Part shown: piece after piece, positions 52,511 to 64,000 of the stretch
Layout: every line of letters begins with the position of its first letter
Numbering within the stretch: position 1 is the stretch's first letter
Assembly: GCF_026571515.1 (NCBI RefSeq)
Contig: NW_026864127.1
Span: 1-64,000, forward strand
Direction of reading: 5' to 3'
DNA length: 64,000 bases
Source of the DNA: Ruditapes philippinarum
Lineage: Eukaryota
The notes under the pieces: generated by a model
What the model saw: only the letters and a program-made list of their open reading frames with translations
What the model was told of the DNA's origin: nothing
Databases searched by the model: none
Program-made: the position numbers and the translations under genes

Positions 52511-54318
52511 GTTTTGCTCCTCGAAAAATTTCGGAGGAGCATATATTTGAAACAACAAGAGATATCAACATGAAACATTGTAGGTAGATATATCTCATTG
52601 AGTAGGTGTGCAATGCATAAAACCGTAACTCTGCCTTGCCTAACTTCAGAATAATCCCCCTTTGTTTATTTTACACTTTGAACTTTGTCCGGGACATTAC
52701 TCTAAAACTATAAGAGGTACCAACATGAAACTTTGTAGGTAGATAGATCTCATTGAGTAGGTGTACAGTGCTAAAGAATCGTAACTCTGCCGTGCCTAAT
52801 TTTTGAATTATCCCGCTTTGTTTATTTTACAGAATAATCCCCTTTTGTTATTTTACACTTTGAACTTTGTCCGGGACATAACTCTAAAACTATAAGAGGT
52901 ATCAACACGAAACTTTGTAGGTAGATATATCTCATTGAGAAAAAGTGCAGTGTATAAGAAACTTAACTCTGCCTTGCCTAATTTTTTATTTACCCCCCTT
53001 TGTTTATTTTACACTTTGAACATTGTCCGGGACATAACTCTAAAACTATAAGAGGTATCAACATGAAACTTTGTAGGTAGATATATCTCATTTAGTAGAA
53101 GTGCAGTGCACAAGAACCACAACTCTGCCTTGCCTAATTTTTGAATTATCCCGCTTTGTTTATTTTACACTTTGAACTTTGTCCGGGACATAACTCTAAA
53201 ACTATAAGAGGTATCAACATGAAACTTTGTAGGTAGATATATCTCATTGAGTAGAAGTGCAGTGCACAAGAACCACAACTCTGCCTTGCCTAATTTTTGA
53301 ATTATCCCGCTTTGTTTATTTTACACTTTGAACTTTGTACGGGACATAACTCTTAAACTATAAGAGGTATCAACATGAAACTTTGTTGGTAGATAGATCT
53401 CATTGAGTAGGTGTGCAGTGCATAAGAAGCGTTACGCTGCCTTGCCTAATTTTGAATTAATTCCCTTTGTTTATTTTCACACTTTGAACTTTGTCCGGAA
53501 CATAACTCTAAAATTATAAGAGGTATCAACATAAAACTTTGTAGGCACATAGATCTTATTGAGTAGGCGTGCAGTGCAAAATAACCGTAACTCTGCCTTG
53601 CCTAATTTTTGAATTATCCCCCTACGTTTATTTTACACTTTGAACTTTGTCCGGGACAAAACCCTAAAACTATAAGGGGTATGAACATGAAACTTTGTAG
53701 ATAGATATATCTCATTAAGTAGGTGTGCAGTGCACAAGAACCGTTACTCTGCTTTGCCTTATTTTGGAGTTATTGTCCTTTGTTCATTTTGACACTTTGA
53801 ACTTTGTCTGGGACATTCCTCTAAAATTATAAGAGATATCAACATGAAACTTTGTAGATAGATAGGTCTCATTAGGTAGAAGTGCAGTGCTAAAAATCAT
53901 AACTCTACCTTGATTTATTTTGAAGTAATTGTCCTTTGATTACTTTTTTTTTTACTTTTGTCCGGTAAATAACTCTAAAACTATTAGAGATATCAATATG
54001 AAACTTTGTAGGTAGATAAATATTTTTGGATAGAACTAAATTGGTTAAAGAACCTAATCAAAGCCTTGTCTTATTTTGGAGTTATTGCCTTTTGTTCATT
54101 CTTAAACTTTGAATTTTACCCGGGACATAACTCTGAAACTATAAGAGATATCATCAGGAAACTTCATAGACAGATAGATCTCATCTCATTAGAAGTGCAG
54201 TGCAAAAAAACTTCGCCTTGCCTTATTTTGGAGTTCTTGTCCTTTGTTCATTTTTATATACTTTCCTGTGTCCAAAACTTTCTCGGGGAGCATCACCCTT
54301 TTCAACCGATTCTTGTTT
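52511..54318 (+). mobile_element. HINE/Helentron-type element carrying a ~156-bp satellite array (about 11 monomers)
   Basis: Monomer anchor at 53025, 53181 and 53337 (period 156). Subterminal inverted motifs GCTCCTCGAAAA (5') and TTTCTCGGGGAGC (3'), a CTTGTTT end and T-rich flanks. Confidence 0.8.
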
Positions 54319-54480
54319 TTATCTTTTATTATTTTATCAATATTTGCTCCGCATTTGTTATATAATGATTTATTGCATTGAAAAAAATTAGTGAATTGAT
54401 GTAGACTTTTGCATACCATTTATCATTTTCTTTATTTTTTTAAGATTCGTTCTTTTAATACGTGGACATATACATGGGCT

Positions 54481-57400
54481 ATGATGAGTTGGAAAGTATG
54501 CTCGTTTCTCCTTTCAGCACATTTTTTTCAAGGTATGTGTAAAAAAAAAATGAATATTAAAGTATTTTGCTGTGTAAGGTCTGTTGCCCTAAATAAAAAT
54601 GCAGACATTTAGAAAATAAAAACATATTTATATCTTCATCATATATTTTGATACTTGCAAATGTTGAATCAGAATAGAAATTATTCTGTTCTAGAAAACA
54701 AGCTAGTTTTAACAAATGAATGAACAACTAATAAACAAATACACTATAAAACATATATAAAGGAATAAACTCTCCATTCACAATATATATTCATCTCAGT
54801 TTATGAAGTCTTTGTTAATGAGAACTATCTTTTTCATTCACACTTTTACAATTTCATGCGTGCAAGTGTGAAACATCAATTATACTTTATATTTCCACAA
54901 CACATTTTCACGCATTTGTCCATTTCATAATTTTGCAGGTTTGTTTTGCAAGAGCATATATCTTATCCCATCACAAACTGACGTTGTTGTTAACAATAAC
55001 TTTACATTAACTTGCACATACAACGGGTACATTGAGGTAACTGGTACAAAATGGAATGTACAGGGAAAATATACACCATCTGTTGTTAGAAACGAAGACG
55101 GCACATGCTCTGGTAGCGGAATATTTGCTAACAACTCAATCTACGAAGTAGGATGCCCGTCAAAAACGTCTTTCACTGTAACAATATTACGAGTACAACT
55201 CGATGATCATGGTGCCCAGTGGATTTGCTTTGATCGTGAAAGGGAGAGTAACAATGTCACTATTTTTGTTAAAGGTACAGAATTGCAAATAATATCGTTT
55301 ATGATCTTTACCTTCAAAAGTAATACTTAAAAATCCAATAAGTGCCGTTTAAAGTGTTTTTAATTGATTCTGGGCTCGAAACATGACACCTAGAGATGAC
55401 AATACATGCGTCAAGGCATAATTGCCGGAATTTTTCAAAAAATATAATATAATACATTGTCATATATGAAATTCTATAATTTTGATGCGATTAAAAGCTG
55501 GATCTAAATTAATTTAACAGATAAATTGTAAATTTTGAAACCTTCCCATATACATAACATGTTTGTTATTGACACAGTGCTTCGATATTAAAATTTTGCC
55601 CCGGCTGAGGCTTTTCGGTGACATTTAAGATAAATTTACAAAATCTTTGCCATAAAACTTTATTACCATGCTTAGTCTAGTCGATGTAAAGAAGAAAAAG
55701 ATGTCTTTTTAACGACCTAATCAAAAATATCTGTTGAGGAAAACAAAGGTGTATTGATGGATAAAATATGAATATACCTTATTAACGTACATGAAAAATG
55801 ACAACTAAGAACGATAAAAAAGATGAAGAAGAAGAAATGTCATTTTTATTCAAAGTACCATTAATACGATTAATGCATATTAAACGAAAGGCTTTTTACC
55901 TGACTCTTTGTATGAAATAAATACTTTAGTACATGAATAAGACAAAAATCAAAATCTTATAATTAGAGATATAACAAATTAGTTTGTCTGTTTAACTTTA
56001 AATTAAACAACAACCTTGCATTTTAATTTCATTTTGATTATGTTATAGTTCCTGTTAGAAATGTAACGTTATCGGGACCAAGTTCTCGTTTATTCAAAGA
56101 GCATTCCAAACAAACTTTTAGATGTGAAACGTCAATTGGTCGACCACAACCTTACGTTGACTGGTTCATCCTTGAATATACTGGTAGCGTGAAACATGAA
56201 ATCACAGTAAATTCTTCGTCGCAAATCATTTCCTCAACCACAGATGGACTTGTAGCTGTGAAGAGCCTTCTCCAGTTTTATCCTAATAAAACATTCACCA
56301 ATTGGATGCTATATTGTGAAGCTTGGATTGACAACGAAACCAGTGCAATTTTCAGCAACCAGTTTACCCTTAATATAATGTGTAAGTAAAATAAATTAGT
56401 TTCACTTTTTAAGTTGGGAAATTGTCACTTACAAATATTTAGATGCAAACATTAAAACGTTAACAAAACTCCTAATAATGCTTTTTCATCTCCTACGTAG
56501 GACTTCAAAGTCTTTAAAAGGATTTATAATCTCCTAAATACGCTTGCATCTCCTATGTAGGAGTTTTAAACTCTTAATTAGGTTTAATATTTTTGTAGAG
56601 CATTATGTATTGGCACTAGGACGCTTCCGTATAAAACAGTTTAGAAAAGAAAAAAAGAAAAACGTACATGTGCACACAACATTTGGTTAAATAAATAATC
56701 TATGCAGCGTTTAGGTAAACTTTTAATAGCGGTTGACTAACATTTAATTCAACATAATACGATACATGAGTTGCAGTTCGGCATTTGTTGGGGTTTGCAA
56801 TAATTGAATGAGCCTTCCCTTGCTGATTTTTGTTCTCATATTTTAGAGTAATACAAACGTTTTTTTTAATACAAGAGTTCAATTTGTAAGTTTTGTCTTA
56901 GAAAAACATATCTTAAATATATGCTTTTTATGAAATTATTTGGCTTTAATTTTATTTCTTCATCCTAGTTTGATTAGGTACTTGTAAAAGTAAATTATTC
57001 TTTGGCTTCAAATTAAGGGCGGAAATAAGTGTAGTGTAGATAACGTCCCTATTAGGATATCATAAATTGATTGGGTAATTACGAAAAATATTCAAATAGC
57101 TTAAACACGTCAGTGCTTTTATATTTGTCTGGTCCATCGGGATTATTAATATTTGCACGTAATTATTGAAACGTGAATACCGCTGAAATCGGTGATAGGA
57201 GGCAAGAGAGATATTGTATTTTACCATTGTTTCACATCCGCAGAGACAATCAAACCGGATTTGCAATTGTTGATATATCCCTGAAAATCGAAGTTTTAAC
57301 GGGCATACTGGAGTCAGCTGGGGGTTTGTTGGTCGGTCGTTTGGTCAGTTGGTTGGTTTGTTGGTCGGTCCGTTGCAGATTTCTTGTCCGGGACATACCA

Positions 57401-60400
57401 CATAATGCACAAAAGATATCAACTTAAAATATTCAAGGTAGATAGATCTCATTGATATAAAATACAGTGCTATAAACATAACTCGGCCTTGCCTTAAATT
57501 TGGATTCATTGCCTTTGGTTTCATTTCTATATTTTGAATATTGTCTGGGGTATAACTCTGAAACTACAAGAGATATATATCAACAAGTAACTTTGAAGGT
57601 AGATACATCTTATTTAATAGAAGTGCAGTGCATAAACGCCGTAACTATGCATTTGTTAATATGGAAGTATTTGCCCTTTGTTCATTTTTACTCTGCGAAC
57701 TTTGTCCGTGAAATATTTCTAAAACTACAGGAGGTAACAACAAGAAATTTTTTTAGGTAGATAAATCACATTGAGTAAAAGTGCAGTGCATAAGAACCGT
57801 AACTATGTGTTATCTTATTTTTGGAGTTAATGCCCTTTGATCATTTTTACGCTCTAACCTTTGGCTTTGTCCGTTGCTGATTTCTTGTCCGGGACATAAC
57901 TCAGAATGTACAAGAAATATCAGCTGCAAACTTTGTAGGTACATATATTTTATTTAGTAGAAGTGCAGTGCAAAGGAACCGAGACTCTGTCTTGCCTTAT
58001 TTTTGCCCTTTGTTTATGTTTTACTTTGAACTTTGTCCAAGGCTACAAGAGTTATCAACAGGAAACATTGTAGGCATCTATATCTCATTGTGTAGATTTG
58101 CAATGCATAACATCCGTAACTCTGCCTTGCCTTATTTAAAGTCATTGGCCATTGTATATTTATACACTTGTCCGGGACATAACTCTGAGACCTAATAGGG
58201 TATTAACGTAAAACATTGTAGTTAGATATAATTTATTAAGTAGAATTACAGAGCATAAAATCGTAACCCTCATTTCAGAGTTATTACCTTTCGTTCATTT
58301 TACATTGTGAGCTTAAGATGTCCGGGACAGTCCGGGACATAACTATAAAACCACGAGAGGTTTCAACAAGATAGATCACATTGAGTAGCAGTGCATAGTT
58401 TCAAGTTTTGGAGTCGCCCTTTGTTCACTTTAACCTTTGTCCGGGTTATAATTCTGAAAATACTACAGGTATTAACAAGAAACTTAAAGGGTAATTAAAT
58501 GTCCTTAAGTAGAAGTGCGGTGTAAAAGGCCGGAACTATGCCTTCCCTAATGTGGGCGTTATTGCCTTTTGTAAATTTTAACATCTTGAACTTTGCCCTG
58601 GACATAAACTGAGAACTAGTATAAAATTTAACTTTAAACTTTGTAGGTATATAGATCTCACTGAAGAACTGTAGCCTCCCCGCCCCCTTCTTGCATTATG
58701 TTTACTTTTATACTTTGAGCTTTGTCCGGGACAAAACATAAGAACTATACAGGGTAGCAACTTGAAATATTGTTGGTAGATACATCTGAATGAGTAGAAG
58801 TACAGTGCATTAGAACCGTAACCATCCCTTCCATAATTTTAGAGTTTTTGCCCTTTGTTCATTTTACATTTTTAACATTGTCAAACTTTGATTTATTTTA
58901 TTGATATAGGACAAATAATTACTAATTATTTTAGAAAAATCTATAATCTACTGCAATCTCTGTGTGCAAAATTATAAAAAGCATGTTTCCCGACAAGCAC
59001 GTGTCGGGGGTATTCTGCACTTGTGGCAATTTCTAGTTTTAAAATAATCTTTCAGTGATCGCCTTTTCTATAGATGTGCATGCTTTACAGATGTCAAGAG
59101 CCGTGTTGCAGCTGTAAAGCGTTGTCCCATACTTCAGTTTAGTGTTGTTATATTTTTGGTGCTTTGGAATAATTGATTCTAGCACCTGAATTTCAAAGAA
59201 TGAATACCGCTTAAGCCGGTTGGAGTGAGGATATTAGATTTTATCATTATCGCCCATGAATAGATTTAATTTACAATGAAAATATTGTTTCATAATCATT
59301 TTCCCATATTTTCATACTTTAAAGCAGGAGGTGTCTAGTGCAGTGTGGTAGCTGTAAGGAGTTGCCCCGTTCTTCACTTCAGTGTTGTTATAAATTATTG
59401 TTCTTATCCTTCGGAATCATTGATTCTAACACGTAAGTGATGAAGGCTGAATACCGTTTAATCCGGTAAAGAGGTATGAGAGAAAGTGCAATCTAACATT
59501 ATAATAAACAACCTCAATCAATTCTAGTCTACAAAAGTCTGTTGAAAATAATGTCCACCTCCAGTATATTTCAGGCAAATTACGGGCATTTACAATATTT
59601 ACGGGTGCAACGCAAGCCATCATATAGTTATTGGGTATATTCAGTATAACACCTATACCCATTATTGAAGTACGTAACTAATTTATGAATAAACAATTCG
59701 TAGAGAATAAAAAGCCCCGTTTATTCTCTTATCTAAATGTGTCCATGCATTGTTATTGTCTTGGAAGTATTTAGTTTCTATGTTTAGAAAGGGGCTGTTA
59801 AGCGTTACCTGTTTTGCTATAAGAGCAACACAGTCTCATCAGATGATATCATAAAATATAGGATCAGATTCAAACAATTTACCTTTAAAACAAAGGATGA
59901 CTTTAAATCCATAGTTAGGTCTTTAACTCCGTAAACTATTACAATTCAGATCCTCCAGATAGTCCACCAGTAATTCTTGGATACGAGGACGGCAAAATGT
60001 ATACACTTATAGAATCAGAAGTTGGTGAATTATCCTGTTCTATATCTAGTGGAAACCCACTTCCAAATTTAACGTGGATATGCTATAATAGCAAACCGGC
60101 ATTGAGCACAGTAAATGGCAACATAGTTATGAGCAATGTGACTTTGATTGCGTTTCGTAATCAATCGTATTGTTCTTGTGTATCAAACCATCCATGGTCA
60201 GGAGTTACGCAATCCACTACTGTGTCAGTACACATTCTATGTAAGTTATTCGAAATATATTATACAACATTCCTTACAAAAATAATAAAGAAGCCAATTA
60301 TACATTATGCATTAGTTACGTGTTGTTCTTCTCTGTAGTTACTCTCTCTCTCTATATATATATATATGTGTAAATAGCTAGTTTAAGTGCAATAAACATA

Positions 60401-63400
60401 CATGATCATTATGGCAAAAAAAAAATCAATCAACTTAATTAAACGGATAATAAGCACCACACATACATACTCAAACACACACGCGCACACAGATACAGAC
60501 ACATACATGTATATAGTATTCGAGTCAATAATTGTTTTGATTACTAGCTCACGTTCATATGATATATGATAACAAACCTCGATAAAGTATATATCACGAT
60601 CTATCCTTTAAAATGTAGTTCCACCACAGAAACCAACATTAAAAGTGAACTCAGCATATGTGACTGGTACAATTGACGTAATAATCAACCAAAATCTGAA
60701 TGTAATATGCGATAGCGAAGGTAACCCACTCCCGAACTACACTTGGACTGGTCCTCTCATAGGAAATGTTATGGGTAAAGAACTTAATGTTACGATCAAT
60801 AGTAAAAACGACAGAACATACAAATGTATAGCTAGAAATGTTATTACAAGTTTGGAAAACATGCAAACAGATGGAAGAAATGAAACTGCTTTAACAGTTA
60901 AGGTTTTGTGTAAGTAAAACTTTACATAAATAATGTTATTTTAAGTAAGTTCTATTCATATCTGCTTAGCCTAATTTTCCTAATATATACAGATGTTAAA
61001 GCGCTATTCATAACAGTACTGTTAATTTTCATATTAGATACAGTTTAAAATTCATATATGTTTTATCTTTTTTACAGCACATTATGTGCAAATATGTTTT
61101 ACATGTTGTTCAAATTACAATTTTATATTTCTGGTTGATTCGGAAGTTATTTAATCAAATGGCATGAAGGATTTCACGCAGTATAAGGTATATTTGTTTT
61201 AATAATAATTATAGTATATTGCTTTTCATGAACTGATTTATAAGATCCACCTGAAAAACCTTTTTTTAAATATGGACATATACACGGGCAACTTATCAGT
61301 CATGACATGCTCGAAGTATTCAAGGGAGAATCCTTTTCTATATACTGTGATGCCATAGGAAATCCTCCTCCCACTGTGTTTTGGGATAATAACTATACAA
61401 ACGAAAGTGTTATAAATATACAGTCTATAAGATCTGCCATCAACAAAACGTGTACTGCAAGAAATAAAATGAAAGAAACCGTTGGAGAAAACAGAGATGG
61501 TGTTTCAAAATCTACATTAATCATAAAAGTTTTCAGTAAGTATGTGCTCTTCCTGCTTACTATTTGACTTTCATTTCAAATATAGAAAGCAAATAAAGGT
61601 GTTCTCTTGAACAAAATACTTCTATTACTGTATTCGGTGATTAGGAATTTAATTAAGGTCGTTGACTTCAAACCACTTGCCCTTCACCGCTGTGGATTCG
61701 AATCCCGACAGGGACTTATGATTCTTTCATGTGAGGAAGCTATCCAGCTAGCTTATGTAACGTCCGTGGTTCTACTCAGGTGCCCGTTCGTGCCTGAAAT
61801 AATACACGGAAGGGCACCTGAGGTCTTCCTCCACAAATAAAGCTGGAACGTCGCGATATGACCTATACTTTGTCGATGTCAGACCTGGGGTAATCACTAA
61901 TCGTAATCATTGATTTTTTAATTGATTACATGATTACACTGTAATCATCATGTAATTGATTACCTTGCCCAAAACTGATTACATTAATTGTAATTAATCA
62001 ATTACAGCTTAAATTCAGTCTGTAATTATGATTACAATTTGATTGATGTTGATTACTTTCAGATTTTACATGAAACTATTGAAATTCAAATGATTTATTT
62101 CACATGTTACAGTTTAACTAAGGTAGTACAATATCAACTGAGATGTTTTAAGACATCACTCACAATGAAGAAATAAGTTTTAATCCATACAGTTAACCTG
62201 GAATTCTAACTGAAAGATAGACATTATTGTTTGGCTTGTATTCTTACCAAATTGTCAAATCATTGGATTTATGATGTCTTTGACTTTCCTAAAGAAACAT
62301 CTGGAAATGTGACAGCACAGTGCAAATTGTGCCCTAAGAAGATAAATGGAAACATTAAGTCACATTCAAATTTCATTACCCACATAAAGGTATGTTAAAT
62401 TTTGTTTCACATATTTTGGTTAAACCATGTTTTAAAAAGTTTCAAACAATGTAGATAACTTCTTTACTTTGTATATTCTAGAGTTTATGTCAGATGCATA
62501 TTACCATATTTTAATTATATGCAACAGTTATTTTGTTAGGTGATAGACAATGTGTCTATATTATAATGGATACTGTTGTACCATTGAAGTGTTTGTAAAA
62601 TAATTGATAATTTCTTTGTAAATTCTATTGTCTCTTTGTATTCCCATATAAAACATTATTGTTTTCACACCTGTTTTAACACCTGTATACAGCATACTGT
62701 ACAATTGACACTTTTCAAAATTTCTGTTGCAGAGAGTTCATTATGAAACCTACACCAAGAAGACTGAGGACCATTCCTGCATCATTGGCCCCTGTAGAGC
62801 GTTTGTTTAGTGTTGCGGTAAATTATTCCGTCCTGATAGATGCAGTCTGACTGACAGACGGTTTCATCAACTTATGATGCTAAAGTGCAATGCTAAAATA
62901 TGATAAAGTGATGTGACAGTAACTAAAAGTGTGTTAAATTGATGACTGTTGATGAGCTGGAAATTCTTTGTGTATATAATGTATATAATGTATACTAGTA
63001 TATTAAATAGCATTAAGAAACTTTTGTTTATAGTTATACATGGAATGTAATCAATTATCAATCAATTACTTTCTTAAAGTAATTGTAATTTAATTGATTA
63101 CAGAGGCAAGTCTGAGTAATCAATTGTAATCAATTACAATAAAATCTGAAAGTAATTGTAATTAAATCAATTAATGATCAATGTAATCATCCCCAGGTCT
63201 GGTCGATGTGACGCAAAACCCAATCAAAAAAAAAAATAGGAACTTAAATATCAGCTTAAGTCTTCACATGAATTCAAAATAGTTTTCCCGCTACAAATAT
63301 GATAAAAGCAGCAATATTTATCCAATACCATATTGCTTTATACTTGTACAATTTTATCTTCTTTAAAATGTGTATCCGTTTTACTTTCAGCTCAGTCGAA

Positions 63401-63687
63401 AATACAACGTTTTTATGTCAATGCGAAGAAATCAAATGGTGCCTTTATTGTAAATGAAACCAGTACGGTATCATTTATTTGCAGTGCAGAAGGATACCCC
63501 GCTTCAGATATTATTGTTATCAGTCCTGAAGAAAAAGCTATTTTAAATATAACAAATTCAAACAGCATAGATCTCGTACTGATTAATGTATCATATGTTA
63601 ATGCTGGAGAATATACATGCATTGGACAGAATATATACAACACAGATAATCAGTCTTCCAAGTCAAAACTTATCCTTATTGTTCGAT
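54481..63687 (+). CDS. Multi-immunoglobulin-domain cell-surface protein, 5' part (signal peptide + 6 Ig domains; continues past the window)
   Basis: Exons 54481-54532 (MMSWKVCSFLLSAHFFQG), 54939-55274, 56049-56381, 59950-60240, 60619-60909, 61245-61535, 63391-63687. All are phase-1 with one Ig domain per exon. Paired Cys and Trp, GNP.P motifs, DHGAQWIC and NAGEYTC, and many N-x-S/T sites. Confidence 0.92.
57270..59040 (+). mobile_element. Second, more diverged HINE-type element with the same ~156-bp monomer
   Basis: (TGGT/CGGT)n microsatellite at about 57325-57372, degenerate GTCCGGGACATAACTC / AGAAGTGCAGTGCA monomers, 3' hairpin CCCGACA...TGTCGGG and a CTAGTTT end. Confidence 0.75.
59070..59530 (+). 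repeat. Two units of the dispersed repeat seen at 15800-16510
   Basis: AGCTGTAA..., CTTCA.TT.AGTGTTGTTATA, GGAAT.ATTGATTCTA and AATACCG.TTAA.CCGG blocks. Confidence 0.65.
61653..63236 (+). mobile_element. 5'-truncated tRNA-derived SINE, split by a hAT insertion
   Basis: B box GGATTCGAATCCC (61694-61706). The body runs to 61879 and resumes at 63210 with GACGCAAAACCCAATC plus an A tail. Flanks TAGGAATTTAA / TAGGAACTTAA (probable TSD). Confidence 0.85.
61880..63201 (+). mobile_element. Non-autonomous, internally deleted hAT transposon
   Basis: 11-bp TIR CAGACCTGGGG, 8-bp TSD GTCGATGT (61872-61879, 63202-63209), and GTAAT/GATTAC subterminal repeats. BED finger remnant HWIYDVF...AQCKLC...SNFITHIK|RVH is fused to the hAT C-terminal remnant IPASLAPVERLFS...RPDRCSLTD. 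Confidence 0.93.
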
Positions 63688-63961
63688 GTAAGATATTTTA
63701 TGTTTGCCAGAAGCACATTTAATTAAAACTTAGGAACTAAGCAATAAAGTAAGACATAAATAACGATTATAATTCTAAACGATAGTTTGACTCGATAAAC
63801 AAGAGCCGAAAAATAATCATGACGTTTGGCAAATTTTAAATAAAAACGTTTAAACGTTTCTTTTCATATGTAATAGCTCTTGATTAACATAACGACAAGA
63901 CCCGAAAGTCGTTTTCATTCGAGATTTTTGAAATGAAAATACAGCAAAAAACACAAAAAAA

Positions 63962-63986
63962 ACACACACACACACACACACACACA
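63962..63986. repeat. (AC)n microsatellite
   Basis: Directly visible. Confidence 0.9.
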
Positions 63987-64000
63987 AGCGATTTAAACGA

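Noticed and set aside
52550-54260. Regular repeats resembling a CRISPR array
   Set aside because: The monomers are contiguous 156-bp repeats with no unique spacers, the context is eukaryotic, and there are no cas genes.
61653-61712. tRNA gene
   Set aside because: Only a partial tRNA-like head with a B box is present, continuous with a SINE body and A tail.

Overview
AT-rich, intron-containing animal DNA. The SINE and HINE repeat types suggest a bivalve mollusc (inference). From start to end: (i) the last 18 coding exons of a receptor-type protein tyrosine phosphatase (transmembrane helix, active-looking D1, degenerate D2; 185-11902, +). (ii) A full-length 12.7-kb Kolobok DNA transposon (TTAA TSD, 15-bp TIRs; 21194-33879). 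It carries two convergent spliced genes: a 10-exon THAP/DDE transposase with one frameshift, and an intact 193-aa KolX-type protein that matches the Zn/GDP-binding ballast domain of P2X7. Each gene has a mirrored CRE-type motif upstream. (iii) A tandem array of 1.0-1.3-kb units with promoter-like motifs, containing an assembly gap. (iv) A decayed L1/Tx1-type LINE split by a full-length BEL/Pao LTR retrotransposon. (v) The 5' part of a multi-Ig-domain cell-surface gene (signal peptide plus 6 Ig exons, running off the window). Its introns and upstream region hold Helentron-type satellite arrays and a SINE interrupted by an internally deleted hAT element. Exon models were built by hand from splice sites and reading-frame phase; no database searches were run.
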